The position numbers and the translations under genes are program-made. Below, piece after piece: positions 22,794 through 32,842 of a stretch of 42,595 nucleotides of DNA. Under the pieces are notes generated by a model. The model saw only the letters and a list, made by a program, of their open reading frames with translations. It searched no databases and was not told the origin of the DNA. Each line of letters starts with the position of its first letter. Position 1 is the first letter of the stretch. The stretch is from a virus: the IMG/VR virus record IMGVR_UViG_3300045988_182590. The stretch is one strand, 5' to 3'.

Positions 22794-23492
22794 TTAGAAT
22801 CCTATCTTTGAAAATGCGCCGCTAAATTTCTTTGAGATAACATTCCCAACTTTTTTGAAAAAAGAATCCTGCGCCGATTTGAATGTTTCAACCTGTTTTA
22901 CGACAATCACTTCTTCAAACTCAAGTGTTAATATAACACGATATAGCGTATCCACCGTGAATTTATGCGGATAGCCTGTTAAAATCATATTTTGCAAAAG
23001 TTCGGTTTTCGTTTTTATGTTAAACGGGATTGAATCTTCGTATGCGTACTTTATGCCCGTCATCACTTTTTCATACAACGGCGACGGCAGATTCCCCGAA
23101 AAAATATCTGAAAATCCTGATATGGTGGAATTCAAAACCGCTAAATAATCATCACCTACCGCGCTTGGCAACCCGATTTTTACAATCGCGCGTTTCGGCA
23201 TAATGATTTTGGAATCCGCTACAAGCCGTCCGTCTTCAACGGGCGTTGACATAATTTTAGACAGGTTTTGAACTTCAACATCCAAAATCGCGATTTTGTT
23301 AAAAGAGTATTTTGTATCAAAAGTTTTTCTCAAAACTTTATTGTTTTGTGCCAGTAGAATCGTTCTTAGCTCTACATTGTCCGTATATCCATACGACATT
23401 TCAGGCGTAACGTATGGGTAAACCTCGAAAGAGTCGTTTGAAAAGACCGCGCCTAAAACATTTTGCGCCAAGTTCAATGTTAAAAAACTCAT
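22794..23492 (-). CDS. Tail protein (Mu gp43 position)
   Basis: Position immediately after the tape measure gene. Confidence 0.4.
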   Translation of the reverse strand: MSFLTLNLAQNVLGAVFSNDSFEVYPYVTPEMSYGYTDNVELRTILLAQNNKVLRKTFDTKYSFNKIAILDVEVQNLSKIMSTPVEDGRLVADSKIIMPKRAIVKIGLPSAVGDDYLAVLNSTISGFSDIFSGNLPSPLYEKVMTGIKYAYEDSIPFNIKTKTELLQNMILTGYPHKFTVDTLYRVILTLEFEEVIVVKQVETFKSAQDSFFKKVGNVISKKFSGAFSKIGF

Positions 23493-24955
23493 TGTCCCGT
23501 CCCCTGCAACATTGTTTGAAGCCGCGCCGCATTTTGAAGCAAACCGTTTTGCGTTCCCGACATTGCCGCCTGTCCGATTGCCGCAGATTCGCCGCCAGAT
23601 GAAACATTTACATTTGCGTTCATATTAAACGTGTTGGATGTATTGTTTGTCGCTCCGCCGTATGTATTCAGCGTTGTTAAAACATTTCCGCCCGCAGAAA
23701 CATTTTCATTTGACAATCGCATATTTTGCGCCGCCTGTTTCGGGAACATAGTTCCGAAAATTTCCGCTTCGTCTTCTTTCGTGAAATTTTCGTCATATTT
23801 TGTTTTGAACATTGGGGCAATATCTTTTTCGAGGTCAGGAATAACGTCATTATTTCCGAAAAACAGGGAAAGACCATTTGCAATAATCCGCGCAAATTTT
23901 GCGCTTTTTGCAAAAGCTTCCGTCGTTGCCTGAGTAAAAGTATCCCACAATGTCAGAAACGATTTTTGCGTTTCGGAATACTCTTTTAACGAAGAATCAT
24001 TGAACTGGATTGTCTTTTCAAACTGATTGACCGACGAAAAGAATTTTTCAACGCCCTGCGACAACATTTGAATTGTCGCTTCATCCAAGCCGAAAGAACG
24101 CCCAATAAGTTTTTGCGTTTCAACGTCTTTTCCCTGCATTGATTCGCCGATACGCCGCAAGAACGTTTCGGCATCGCCCACGCCGTCCAGACGAACGCCG
24201 AATTTAGCGGCGAGGGGCGCGATTTTATCGACGTTGAAACCCAGTTTAAATTCGGAAATCGTCTGATTTAAGCCCTGCAAAGTTTTTGACATCGTAGACA
24301 TATCGCCGCCAAAACGTTTAGCGGCAAGACCCATTGCTTGCAATCGGGTAGTGTCTACACCAGCAGAAAAAGACGAAACGCTTACGTTTTGCGCTTCCTG
24401 CGCCGTATCCTTGTAAAACTGAAACGCCTTATAAGCCACATAAGACGCGCCCGCCTTAATAAGCAGGGCTTGCCGCTTCAACGCTTCTTTTTCAAGAACG
24501 GCTTTTTTTTCGTCTTGGCGCAATGACTTTTCTTTTTCACGTTGTTCTTTATTTAAAGCAGATTCTTTGTTTTTTTCCTGCCGCTCTTGTTCTTTGCGCT
24601 TTGCAACTTCCAGAGAAAAAGAGTCTTTTTCGAGTTTTGTACGCTCCCGCTTTGCTTTTAACTCGGACAACAAAGCGGCGGACTGTTCTTTCGATTCACG
24701 CAATCGAGCGGCGGCTTCGTTTTTTTCGACAACGCCCTTTTTCTTTTCTTCCGCTGTTTCAACACGAATTTGAGCAACGCGGTCTTTCATTGCTTCACGG
24801 TCGAGCTTCTCATACTCTTTCCGCAAGCCAGCAATGGCGGTTTTGAGCGAATCAACGCCCTTTTGAACGTCTTTTTCGCCCTTTGCCTTGAACAAATATA
24901 CAAATTCGTCAGTAACCGCCATTTTGCAACTTCCGCTTTCTGTTTGCTTCTTCAA
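23489..24955 (-). CDS. Tape measure protein (ATG at 24922 is the more likely start)
   Basis: Long coiled-coil K/E-rich N-terminal half; position after the chaperone. Confidence 0.7.
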   Translation of the reverse strand: MKKQTESGSCKMAVTDEFVYLFKAKGEKDVQKGVDSLKTAIAGLRKEYEKLDREAMKDRVAQIRVETAEEKKKGVVEKNEAAARLRESKEQSAALLSELKAKRERTKLEKDSFSLEVAKRKEQERQEKNKESALNKEQREKEKSLRQDEKKAVLEKEALKRQALLIKAGASYVAYKAFQFYKDTAQEAQNVSVSSFSAGVDTTRLQAMGLAAKRFGGDMSTMSKTLQGLNQTISEFKLGFNVDKIAPLAAKFGVRLDGVGDAETFLRRIGESMQGKDVETQKLIGRSFGLDEATIQMLSQGVEKFFSSVNQFEKTIQFNDSSLKEYSETQKSFLTLWDTFTQATTEAFAKSAKFARIIANGLSLFFGNNDVIPDLEKDIAPMFKTKYDENFTKEDEAEIFGTMFPKQAAQNMRLSNENVSAGGNVLTTLNTYGGATNNTSNTFNMNANVNVSSGGESAAIGQAAMSGTQNGLLQNAARLQTMLQGTGQ

Positions 24956-25046
24956 TCGCCTTGTATTGATTATACTTTGGAACGATTAAAGACTCCCATA
25001 TCGTCATCGCGTCTTCAAGGTCGTAAACCGTTTGTAATTCCCTTAA
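24909..25046 (-). CDS. -1 frame extension ORF after the tail chaperone (candidate G/GT-type frameshift product)
   Basis: The -1 frame is open across the chaperone stop and reads TLRELQTVYDLEDAMTIWESLIVPKYNQYKAIEEANRKRKLQNGGY-stop, overlapping the tape-measure start. Confidence 0.35.
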   Translation of the reverse strand, partial: LRELQTVYDLEDAMTIWESLIVPKYNQYKAIEEANRKRKLQNGGY

Positions 25047-25477
25047 AGTTGCTCCTCCGAGTGAGATGATTTGTCCGATAAGCCCATCAACGTTTCGGTA
25101 ACACTCTGTACGACAAGAGCCAGAAGACTCTGCATAAAGTCTAAGCCCTTGCCATTCTGAAAAAAAGAGAAATTGTACACAATCATTTCCCTTTCAATCT
25201 TCATAAGCATTTCCCAATCGTCGCAATGATTGTTAATCAAATCCTTTGTTTTCAAAGGAATTTCCCGCCCGTCATCAAGGCGGACTTTTACATACGACAT
25301 CAAGTCCAGCATAAGCCGTTCTTGGTCATCATACGACCCGATTTTTGTGTTTGAGATAAGAGCGGAAATCGGATACTGCGTCATAATGCGCCGCCCCTCT
25401 GTTGCGGGGAACTTCGACAAAACGAACGTCTTTTTCAATCCGTCCGACGTTTCCACTTCAAAATCTTTTTCTTTCAT
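25043..25477 (-). CDS. Tail assembly chaperone
   Basis: Position between the tube and tape measure genes. Confidence 0.55.
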   Translation of the reverse strand: MKEKDFEVETSDGLKKTFVLSKFPATEGRRIMTQYPISALISNTKIGSYDDQERLMLDLMSYVKVRLDDGREIPLKTKDLINNHCDDWEMLMKIEREMIVYNFSFFQNGKGLDFMQSLLALVVQSVTETLMGLSDKSSHSEEQL

Positions 25478-25490
25478 TCTTTATCCTTTT

Positions 25491-25931
25491 TTAATTAAGC
25501 TTTGCCCCGAAAACGAAACCGTACCGACGGCTTCTATAACGACCGCTTGATTGAATAGGAACATCGGTCGTTCCGATAATCATTTTTCCGTTTCCGTACA
25601 AGCTGTCCCGTTTTCCGTTGTATTTTAACATCAAAGTGATGATGTCGCTATTAGAAATTTTGTTTGATGCCGACAAATTCGAGTTATAAAGCGTCTGCAA
25701 GCGTTTATCGCTCGGCGAATTTGCAATGACATTAACATACATCGGAATAATCGGCGCGACGTTTTGAAAGAAGACGCGACCGTTCAAATCCTTTACACCG
25801 ACACCCAAAGGAACGTCGGGAAGTTCAAACGGGTCAACATCATCGGCAAAATCAGAAACCTCAAAACCAAGCGGGAAAGTGTTTGTCGCACTTATCCACA
25901 TAGAAAATCCGACTGCGGATATATTAAACAT
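25491..25931 (-). CDS. Tail tube paralogue 2
   Basis: Aligns with 25954..26400: FADD.DPF..PD, LNG, SSGR/SNGR..S..YGFVF. Confidence 0.6.
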   Translation of the reverse strand: MFNISAVGFSMWISATNTFPLGFEVSDFADDVDPFELPDVPLGVGVKDLNGRVFFQNVAPIIPMYVNVIANSPSDKRLQTLYNSNLSASNKISNSDIITLMLKYNGKRDSLYGNGKMIIGTTDVPIQSSGRYRSRRYGFVFGAKLN

Positions 25932-25953
25932 AACACTTTCCCCTTGATTTTAA

Positions 25954-26400
25954 TTAGGCGACGTTTTCAAAGACGAAACCGTAATGTTTCGACTTCATAC
26001 GACCGTTAGACGCAATCGACTGCATCGGCGAACCGACAAGAATCGCGCCAGACTGCAACGTTTTTACCGTGCCGTCGGGATAATTCGCCGTAATCGTGAT
26101 AACGTCTTTCGCGCTGTTTTTGCCTTTCTTTTGCCGATTCGCTTCCAACAAAACCGACAAATTCTTTTCTTCATCGGTATTCGGAAGCACGTTCAAATCA
26201 ATCGGCAGCGGGACGGCTTTTTGCCAGACAACCATATCACCATTCAACCCGATACCGTATTCGGCGACGGTAATATCGGGAAAATCGAACGGGTCGGAAT
26301 CATCTGCGAATTTACGCAAAATGATGCCCGCGGGAAAGGTTTTATCGGCAACCAACGTAATGAAAAAGCCAGCGGCTGAAATATATTCCATTGTTTCCAC
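25954..26400 (-). CDS. Tail tube protein
   Basis: Directly downstream of the sheath gene; 148 aa. Confidence 0.65.
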   Translation of the reverse strand: METMEYISAAGFFITLVADKTFPAGIILRKFADDSDPFDFPDITVAEYGIGLNGDMVVWQKAVPLPIDLNVLPNTDEEKNLSVLLEANRQKKGKNSAKDVITITANYPDGTVKTLQSGAILVGSPMQSIASNGRMKSKHYGFVFENVA

Positions 26401-26404
26401 TCCC

Positions 26405-27904
26405 TTAAATCAAAATGTCAGAACCGACGACTTTACGGATAGAGTCGCCTTTGCCGTAAATAAGCGTGTAGGTGAACACCCATTCGTCTTTACCTTGAAT
26501 CGACTGTTGCGCCAAAACAGGAATAAAGATGTACCCGTTTTCCTGCACCGTGCGCCACGATTCCGTTTCGCCAGTAATCTGGTCAATGTACGCTTTTTGA
26601 GTCGTTGTCAGCGTCTTTCCGACGGAAATAACGCCGTTCGTTTTCGCTTCGTCAAAAATGCTCGTCAAAGCGGTTGTCAACAAGGACACGCCGTCTTCGT
26701 TGGCGGGGACTTTATTCAAAGCCAAAAACAGATTGAACGCCTGCGTCGTGATTGCGTCTTTCAGCCAGATTTCATTGAACAAAACGGCAATATCCGTCCC
26801 GTCTTGAGTATAACCGCGCTGATAGAACGAAATGCCTTTACCCGCCTGTTGCGTCAAACCCAAATAGTTTACGTTTTTCGGGTCAAGCAAATTAGCCGTA
26901 GCGTCGTCTTCAACAGACGGCTTGTCGTTCGGGAACTGTTTAAACATCGGCGAAATCGTGCCGTTCACGGCGTTATAGTTCGTTGTCGCGCCCATAACGC
27001 ACGGCATATATTCCGCATAATCGGCGTTTTCGTCATCCGTCAGAATTGTGGCAGAACCGCCCTCGGTAACCGCGACAACATCGGAATACGTCAATTTGGT
27101 AACGGGATGCGAATACGCAAACTGCATATTTTGCGCCGTCGCCCAGTTGGAAACGGATTCAATATCGGCGGTTTCCGTCAAAGCGGGCAAGAACACGAAA
27201 GAAGCAAAGTTGTTTGAAACATTCGTGATTCTGTCCATAGCCGCCGCCGCTGTTTCCGCCGCCGAGCCGTTCGACAAAATCGGTGCGCTCGCTTTATTCC
27301 AACGCAAAGCAGTAGCCAAATCGCCGTTATCGGCAAATTCAACCGTCGCCGCGCCAGTTTCACCGCCCGTCAAAACAAACACGCCGTTTTCAAATTGAAC
27401 AGTCGCACTCGTAAACATCGCGCCGCCACCTGCGTTTTCACGGATTTTGCCCGTCAAAGTCGTCGCGACCGCCGCCAGATTGTCAGATGCCGACAAATCA
27501 ATGTTTGACATTTCATAGGCAACGCCATTCAAAGAAACGGTCAAAGAACCCGCGCTGATAGCCGTAAAAGCGGACAATGCCGCCGCGTTTTCCGTCGGAA
27601 TCAACATAGGCGCGACTGCTTCGGGCGTGAAGCGCGCATACGAAATCATATTGATTTGCGTGATTGCATTTGAAACATAGGCGCATTGTTTCGCCGCGAA
27701 AGCGTATTCCTTGCTTTGCGTGCCGAAATAAGCACCGACATTTTTCAGAATTTCAGATGCGGCACCCGAAAATTCCAAAATCTGCCCCGTAGGGATACGG
27801 CTATTCGTCGAAATAACACGCGTCCCCATATTCTTGCGAGAAGCCGCCGCTTGCCCCCCGATGCCGCTTGTGATAGCGACGTATCTTGATTGACTGATAG
27901 CCAT
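26405..27904 (-). CDS. Contractile tail sheath protein
   Basis: 499 aa; position upstream of the tube gene. Confidence 0.7.
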   Translation of the reverse strand: MAISQSRYVAITSGIGGQAAASRKNMGTRVISTNSRIPTGQILEFSGAASEILKNVGAYFGTQSKEYAFAAKQCAYVSNAITQINMISYARFTPEAVAPMLIPTENAAALSAFTAISAGSLTVSLNGVAYEMSNIDLSASDNLAAVATTLTGKIRENAGGGAMFTSATVQFENGVFVLTGGETGAATVEFADNGDLATALRWNKASAPILSNGSAAETAAAAMDRITNVSNNFASFVFLPALTETADIESVSNWATAQNMQFAYSHPVTKLTYSDVVAVTEGGSATILTDDENADYAEYMPCVMGATTNYNAVNGTISPMFKQFPNDKPSVEDDATANLLDPKNVNYLGLTQQAGKGISFYQRGYTQDGTDIAVLFNEIWLKDAITTQAFNLFLALNKVPANEDGVSLLTTALTSIFDEAKTNGVISVGKTLTTTQKAYIDQITGETESWRTVQENGYIFIPVLAQQSIQGKDEWVFTYTLIYGKGDSIRKVVGSDILI

Positions 27905-28453
27905 TTAACCCACCTCTATAAAGTTGCCGTCAATGCTGTTAATCACGTCTTGTTCTGTTTCATCGGACTGATACAACGTCAAGACCAACGTGAACTCTGG
28001 ACTTTTTTCGTATTTGTTCGTCTTATCGATGAAAGATTCCTCTTTTATATCGGTAATCCGCAACAAATTATAGCCCAAACTCTTTAAGGATTTTATCCCA
28101 ATTTGTGATTGAAACCAAGTAATAATTACTTGGATAACGTCGTTTGATGTAGCGACTGTCGCATCCTGCACGCCTTTCCGACGCTTCAATGCCCGAATTT
28201 GAAAATGGATGTCTTGAAAATAATCGACAATCCGATTCAATTTGTCTTTTTTGACATAATGCTGTCCCTGCCAACCATATCGGCGGGAATGGAAACGGTC
28301 GACAAGAACAACCGCCGTGTTAATTGACAAATTCAACGCTTGGTCGGCTTGCACAATCGAAAAGCCCGTGATACCCGCATCCTGCAAAGCCTGTTTGATA
28401 AATCCGACAACATCGGCGTATGTTTGGTTTTCATTACGGAGCATCGTCTTCAC
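27905..28453 (-). CDS. Neck / tail-terminator protein (positional)
   Basis: Gene order. Confidence 0.4.
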   Translation of the reverse strand: MKTMLRNENQTYADVVGFIKQALQDAGITGFSIVQADQALNLSINTAVVLVDRFHSRRYGWQGQHYVKKDKLNRIVDYFQDIHFQIRALKRRKGVQDATVATSNDVIQVIITWFQSQIGIKSLKSLGYNLLRITDIKEESFIDKTNKYEKSPEFTLVLTLYQSDETEQDVINSIDGNFIEVG

Positions 28454-28823
28454 CTATCTGTTTGACGACAATGGCAGATGACCAGCCGTCGTAAGACTGC
28501 CAATCGTTCCCTTTAAAGACGTTCCACCGTTCGCCGTTAATAACGACGTAATCGGGCGTTTCTTGCTTGTCCGTGCCGTTCAGTTGGCAGTTTACATAAA
28601 CCGCCTTATATTCTTTCTGGAAATCAAGCCCAAGTTGCGTATAAATCGCATTTTGAAGCGGTTGAACAGATGACTTCGGATAAACAGTCCCCTCATCAAA
28701 AGACGGAATTGCTTGCCCGAAATCCGTGATTGTGTTGCCCAAAAACTTAAAGACCGTAACAGAAACGGGCGGGATGACATTCAAAGCGCGGGAAAGCAGA
28801 TTTTTTGTAATCAAAGCCGACAT
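28434..28823 (-). CDS. Head-tail joining protein (positional)
   Basis: Gene order. Confidence 0.4.
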   Translation of the reverse strand: MSALITKNLLSRALNVIPPVSVTVFKFLGNTITDFGQAIPSFDEGTVYPKSSVQPLQNAIYTQLGLDFQKEYKAVYVNCQLNGTDKQETPDYVVINGERWNVFKGNDWQSYDGWSSAIVVKQIGEDDAP

Positions 28824-29236
28824 TACTTTATCTCACCTTTCACGCTGTTAATCATCGTTCCCGTATCAATCAAGGGCTTGTCGCTTGTATTGCCGTGCTT
28901 CCGACGATTCCTTAAAGTTCGTTCCGAAAGCGGCGGCGAATAAACAGAATTGATTGAATCCTTTAAATCCTGTTCGACAACCTTACTTAATTCTTCAAAA
29001 ACTGTTTGTAAATTTGACAAGCCGTGCTTTTTTATCAAATCGGCAAACAGTTCTTTCCATTTCCCCGCGTTTTCAAGGGCGCACGGGCGCATAAAAGGAC
29101 GGGCAGGGACAAGTACATCGTTTCCGTTAAAACCTTTTATAATCGCACCGTTTTCTTGTCGGCGCGCGACCTTTGCAACAGATTCGCCGTTTTCCTCTTT
29201 ATCATCGCCAAAGAAACCGACTTTCAACTGTTTCAT
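28823..29236 (-). CDS. HK97 gp10-like head-tail joining protein
   Basis: VPARPFMRP and KPLIDTGTMINS motifs. Confidence 0.55.
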   Translation of the reverse strand: MKQLKVGFFGDDKEENGESVAKVARRQENGAIIKGFNGNDVLVPARPFMRPCALENAGKWKELFADLIKKHGLSNLQTVFEELSKVVEQDLKDSINSVYSPPLSERTLRNRRKHGNTSDKPLIDTGTMINSVKGEIK

Positions 29237-29637
29237 TGCGCGCTAATCCAAAATGGAACGCAAGCCCTTGTCCTCAACTGGGCACGCAATTCCAATCCGT
29301 ACCCAGTCAACTCAAACCAACGTTCCAATTCATCACGGGAAATCGGCGGGGCTAACGAAACAGAAACATTATCGACGCGCGCCGACGTTTCATATCCGAT
29401 AAACCCGCTACCGCTTTGCTCTATTCTGTCTTTCAGCGTCAATAAGTGCGCGGTCATTAAATAAATAGCATATTCCCGCGCCGTGTCCCGCAACCGCCCG
29501 TAATTGATGTTTGAAACATAATTTTGAGCGTTTCTAAGATATGCGGAAACAACGGCATCGGGATACGTTTCCTGCGGAAAATCAGAAAAAAACGTAGCCC
29601 GAAATCCCTCAACACTTACCGACACCGTACAAGACAT
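29233..29637 (-). CDS. Head-tail connector (DUF4054-like)
   Basis: FRATFFSDFPQETYPDAVVSAYL...YLMTAHLL pattern. Confidence 0.5.
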   Translation of the reverse strand: MSCTVSVSVEGFRATFFSDFPQETYPDAVVSAYLRNAQNYVSNINYGRLRDTAREYAIYLMTAHLLTLKDRIEQSGSGFIGYETSARVDNVSVSLAPPISRDELERWFELTGYGLELRAQLRTRACVPFWISAQ

Positions 29638-29649
29638 AGGGAAGTATCC

Positions 29650-30024
29650 TTATTTATTTTTCCGCTTGCGCTTGTTGCCCGATTCGACTTCATCGACACC
29701 CGACAAACTTTGTTCGGTCAACGGAGCGGTAGCGTCCTTTTCTTGCAAGTCGTGTACCGCTTCATCGGCATCCTGTTTCGCCTTTTGGACTTTCAAGAAG
29801 CCGCGCGCAACGTGATTGTTAAATTCGGAAATCTGCTTTAAGACTTCATAATCTTCATCAGACACCGACGTAACCACACCTTTGGGCGTATACAGTTTTT
29901 TGTTTGCAACGTTCGCGCCGCCGTTAATGCTGATTTTCTTTTTCAAAATCACATTCCCGTTGCCGATACGTTCGTACAAGCAATAATCCTGCCCGCCCGT
30001 TAAAGTCGAAAAAATGTAAACCAT
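29650..30024 (-). CDS. Hypothetical head protein
   Basis: 124-aa ORF after the capsid gene. Confidence 0.45.
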   Translation of the reverse strand: MVYIFSTLTGGQDYCLYERIGNGNVILKKKISINGGANVANKKLYTPKGVVTSVSDEDYEVLKQISEFNNHVARGFLKVQKAKQDADEAVHDLQEKDATAPLTEQSLSGVDEVESGNKRKRKNK

Positions 30025-30051
30025 AAGAATACTCCCTTTTGTTGTTTAAGT

Positions 30052-31104
30052 TTAGATGCCCGAGAAACGCACCAATCCCGTCGGCTGTGCCAAGAAGAAG
30101 CCCGAAGTCGCCGCCGAATAATCTTCAACGCGACCTTTCGCTTTCTTTTCAAAACCGACAAAGAAGAACGTCGCCTGAACATCCTGATTGACGACTTTAT
30201 CGCCATTCATACGTTCAAAGTACAGGTAAGCGACATCCGAGCCGCCGTTCGCACCCGCCATTTGTTTAGCGGTCTTCACGGAGCATTTCGGATAGTTTTC
30301 GCTCAACCAGCCGATAACCGTTTTACCGTATTCCGACGACGGAGTCGACAGGTAAATTTCAGCCTGCGGCGGAACAACCAACGTGAACTCGTCGGCTTTC
30401 GGGTCAACCAAGTTCGCCTGAACAGCGGGGACGGCGGAAATCATCGAGATAATATCTTTGGTGATTTCCAAGAACGTTTTGGTCGCCCAAGTCGTCGTGC
30501 CAGCCGCGCCCGCAGGAACGGTAACGTAGTTCGGCAGGTTCGGGTCATTGAACAAACCGTAAGTGTTGTTCGAGCCGTTGTTATAGCCGTAGAACGCAAT
30601 ATCGTTCAAGCCGATAGCTAACGATTCGGCAACAGCCGTACGGTCTTCCGCGTCGGAATCAATCTGCATCGCGGACGAACGGGCAGAAGCCAGCATCGTG
30701 GATTCGTATCCCATTTCCAAACGGACAACCGAACGCGTTTCAAAGTTGACGTTGTGGTCAGCCAGAGGAACGTTCGTAGTGTCGCCGTAAGGACGCGCCT
30801 GCGCCAAACGTTCAACGACCTTGCGGACGATTTCTTCATCTTCCCAACGACCGATAATGTTACGACCCAACAGGTCGTCAGCTTTACGGGCGGCGGTCGC
30901 GATATAAATCGCTTTCGGCAACCACGTCTGCAAGAACTGCACGGGCGTGCCAGTATTCGCCGCCGTAATCATAGCAGGCAAAGCATCCATCGCGCCGACA
31001 CCGATACCCAACGCCTGCAAAGCGGCATCAGACATTTTGTCTTCAACAGGGCGTACCTGTTTCGGCGACAGAGAAACTTTCACTTTCGATTCAGAGGTAA
31101 TCAT
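30052..31104 (-). CDS. Major capsid protein
   Basis: 350 aa; position after the scaffold and decoration genes; DUF2184-like pattern. Confidence 0.7.
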   Translation of the reverse strand: MITSESKVKVSLSPKQVRPVEDKMSDAALQALGIGVGAMDALPAMITAANTGTPVQFLQTWLPKAIYIATAARKADDLLGRNIIGRWEDEEIVRKVVERLAQARPYGDTTNVPLADHNVNFETRSVVRLEMGYESTMLASARSSAMQIDSDAEDRTAVAESLAIGLNDIAFYGYNNGSNNTYGLFNDPNLPNYVTVPAGAAGTTTWATKTFLEITKDIISMISAVPAVQANLVDPKADEFTLVVPPQAEIYLSTPSSEYGKTVIGWLSENYPKCSVKTAKQMAGANGGSDVAYLYFERMNGDKVVNQDVQATFFFVGFEKKAKGRVEDYSAATSGFFLAQPTGLVRFSGI

Positions 31105-31118
31105 TTGAATAATACTCC

Positions 31119-31598
31119 TTAATCACCAAGTTCCAGTTTCACCAATTCGCCCGCCGCACCACTGGAACGGAAAGTAGCGTGGGGAATTTCAACGTGAGTT
31201 TCGGGGACATTGGCAGTCGCCGCATAAGCGGAAATTTTGCCCGTGTCTTTGGCATAAGCCGCAATGTTGCCAATCGCCGCCGCCGTTTCGGATTTAACCC
31301 AAACGTGAGCAAAACGGGCGACAGAAGCAACCGTGCCGTCCAAAACTTCCAACGTCGCCGCCAAGCCACCGTGCAAAGCAACCGTGCCGTCGTTCAGCGC
31401 GATACCTGCAAAAGCACCCTCGCCGCCGACCGTAACGTCGTCTTCGGTAGCACCTTGCGTAAAAGCGCGACCCAAAGCGGCGGCAATACCAGCATTAGCG
31501 TGCAAACGTTTCGATTCCGCGCGACGCGGGGAATCGTCATACAAACCGCCTTCAACGCCAGCGGCAAGCTTCGTGTTAATAACTTTCTGCAAAGCCAT
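31119..31598 (-). CDS. Head decoration / structural protein (Gly/Ala-rich)
   Basis: Lies between the scaffold and capsid genes. Confidence 0.45.
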   Translation of the reverse strand: MALQKVINTKLAAGVEGGLYDDSPRRAESKRLHANAGIAAALGRAFTQGATEDDVTVGGEGAFAGIALNDGTVALHGGLAATLEVLDGTVASVARFAHVWVKSETAAAIGNIAAYAKDTGKISAYAATANVPETHVEIPHATFRSSGAAGELVKLELGD

Positions 31599-31603
31599 TT
31601 TCT

Positions 31604-32788
31604 TTACCCTTTCAAATAGGCGACCAAATCGGCATCCATAGAGGAAGCGGAATCCATAGCCGATTTCTTGTCAGAAATCGAGTAGGTTTCATCTTCGCGA
31701 GAAGCCATTAAATAGCCGTTCAACGTTGCGACGGAATCGGCGGCGGCGCATTTGATACCCAATTTGCCGCAAGCATATTCCGCAATTTCCTGCACGGACA
31801 TACCCGCAGAATCAAAAGTGCCGATTTTCTTTGCCACTTTTTCAGCAAAAGAGGCGGCTTTCGCCATTTCTTTCGGCAGAGAGTCCAACGCCTTTTTCAA
31901 AGACTTGATTTCAGCGTCCATAGCTTTCTTTTCGTCTTCTTTTTCTGGTTCGTCTTCGTCTTTTACTTCTTTTTCTTCGACGGCTTTTTCGGGTTCGGCG
32001 GAAGTTTCGTCTTTCGCTTCTTCCTTATTTTCCGTGTCTTCATCCCCGCACGCTTTGTCATCGGCAGAGCGTTCGGAGTCATTGTAGGAATTTGTTTCCA
32101 TTTTCCCGACAATGGTTTTAATCAATTCGTCGGTCAATTTCGCAGGGTCTTTTTTCGCTTCGTAAAGCATAGCTTCAACTTCGCTGATGTCCTTGCGCTT
32201 ATCGACTTCGGAATCTTTGACAATCGTTTTCGTCATTTTTGTCAACTCCATAGGTTCTTTGTCATACACCACCGCCCTGTCAAACACTCGGACATCAGAG
32301 CCAGAGCGACCTCTGTCAACCAACGCAACGTGGTTTGCCCGAAGATTCCTTTGAACAACGTCATAATGTTGCCCGTTAAATTCACCCGCCGTTAAATCGT
32401 AATCGCAAAAATAACCCATTGAGAGTTCCTTTTTGCCCCGATTTAACAAGTGCTTCATACGTTCGGAAAAAATCTTAACGTTTCCCTTTAAGTACAAGCC
32501 GTCATCCGACGGATGCGGGTCAAAAACAACGCCCTCGACACCTTTTGATTCGGCGGGGGTATAATCTTTTCCCAGCATTTCGTGTTCATCAGTCAAGGGA
32601 ACGACCGATTTAAAGCTGTCAATCGTTTCTTGAGAAAACAATTCATCGGCGGGGCGGTAAACGTAATAAATCTTGTCCGCTTCGAGTTTCGGTGAAATCT
32701 CGCGACCAAGATACGCAAAAACGCCGACTTTGCTGATATTACTATCGTTGCAAAGCCAAAAGCCGTTATCGTCTTCAATCTTTGACAT
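31604..32788 (-). CDS. Prohead scaffold/protease (DUF2213-like) with an acidic low-complexity linker
   Basis: ELSMGYFCDYD...RNLRANHVALVDRGRSG; position after the portal gene. Confidence 0.65.
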   Translation of the reverse strand: MSKIEDDNGFWLCNDSNISKVGVFAYLGREISPKLEADKIYYVYRPADELFSQETIDSFKSVVPLTDEHEMLGKDYTPAESKGVEGVVFDPHPSDDGLYLKGNVKIFSERMKHLLNRGKKELSMGYFCDYDLTAGEFNGQHYDVVQRNLRANHVALVDRGRSGSDVRVFDRAVVYDKEPMELTKMTKTIVKDSEVDKRKDISEVEAMLYEAKKDPAKLTDELIKTIVGKMETNSYNDSERSADDKACGDEDTENKEEAKDETSAEPEKAVEEKEVKDEDEPEKEDEKKAMDAEIKSLKKALDSLPKEMAKAASFAEKVAKKIGTFDSAGMSVQEIAEYACGKLGIKCAAADSVATLNGYLMASREDETYSISDKKSAMDSASSMDADLVAYLKG

Positions 32789-32842
32789 TTTTAGCCGTCC
32801 GTATGAAATACAATTATTTGTTATAATGCCATTTACAAAACG

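Noticed and set aside
26096-27217. 373-aa plus-strand ORF
   Set aside because: It is antisense to the tail sheath gene, Arg/Phe-rich and has no ribosome-binding site. It is a shadow ORF. The same applies to 32906..33487, 33638..34072, 30262..30621, 30754..31122, 31179..31641 and 20548..20916.
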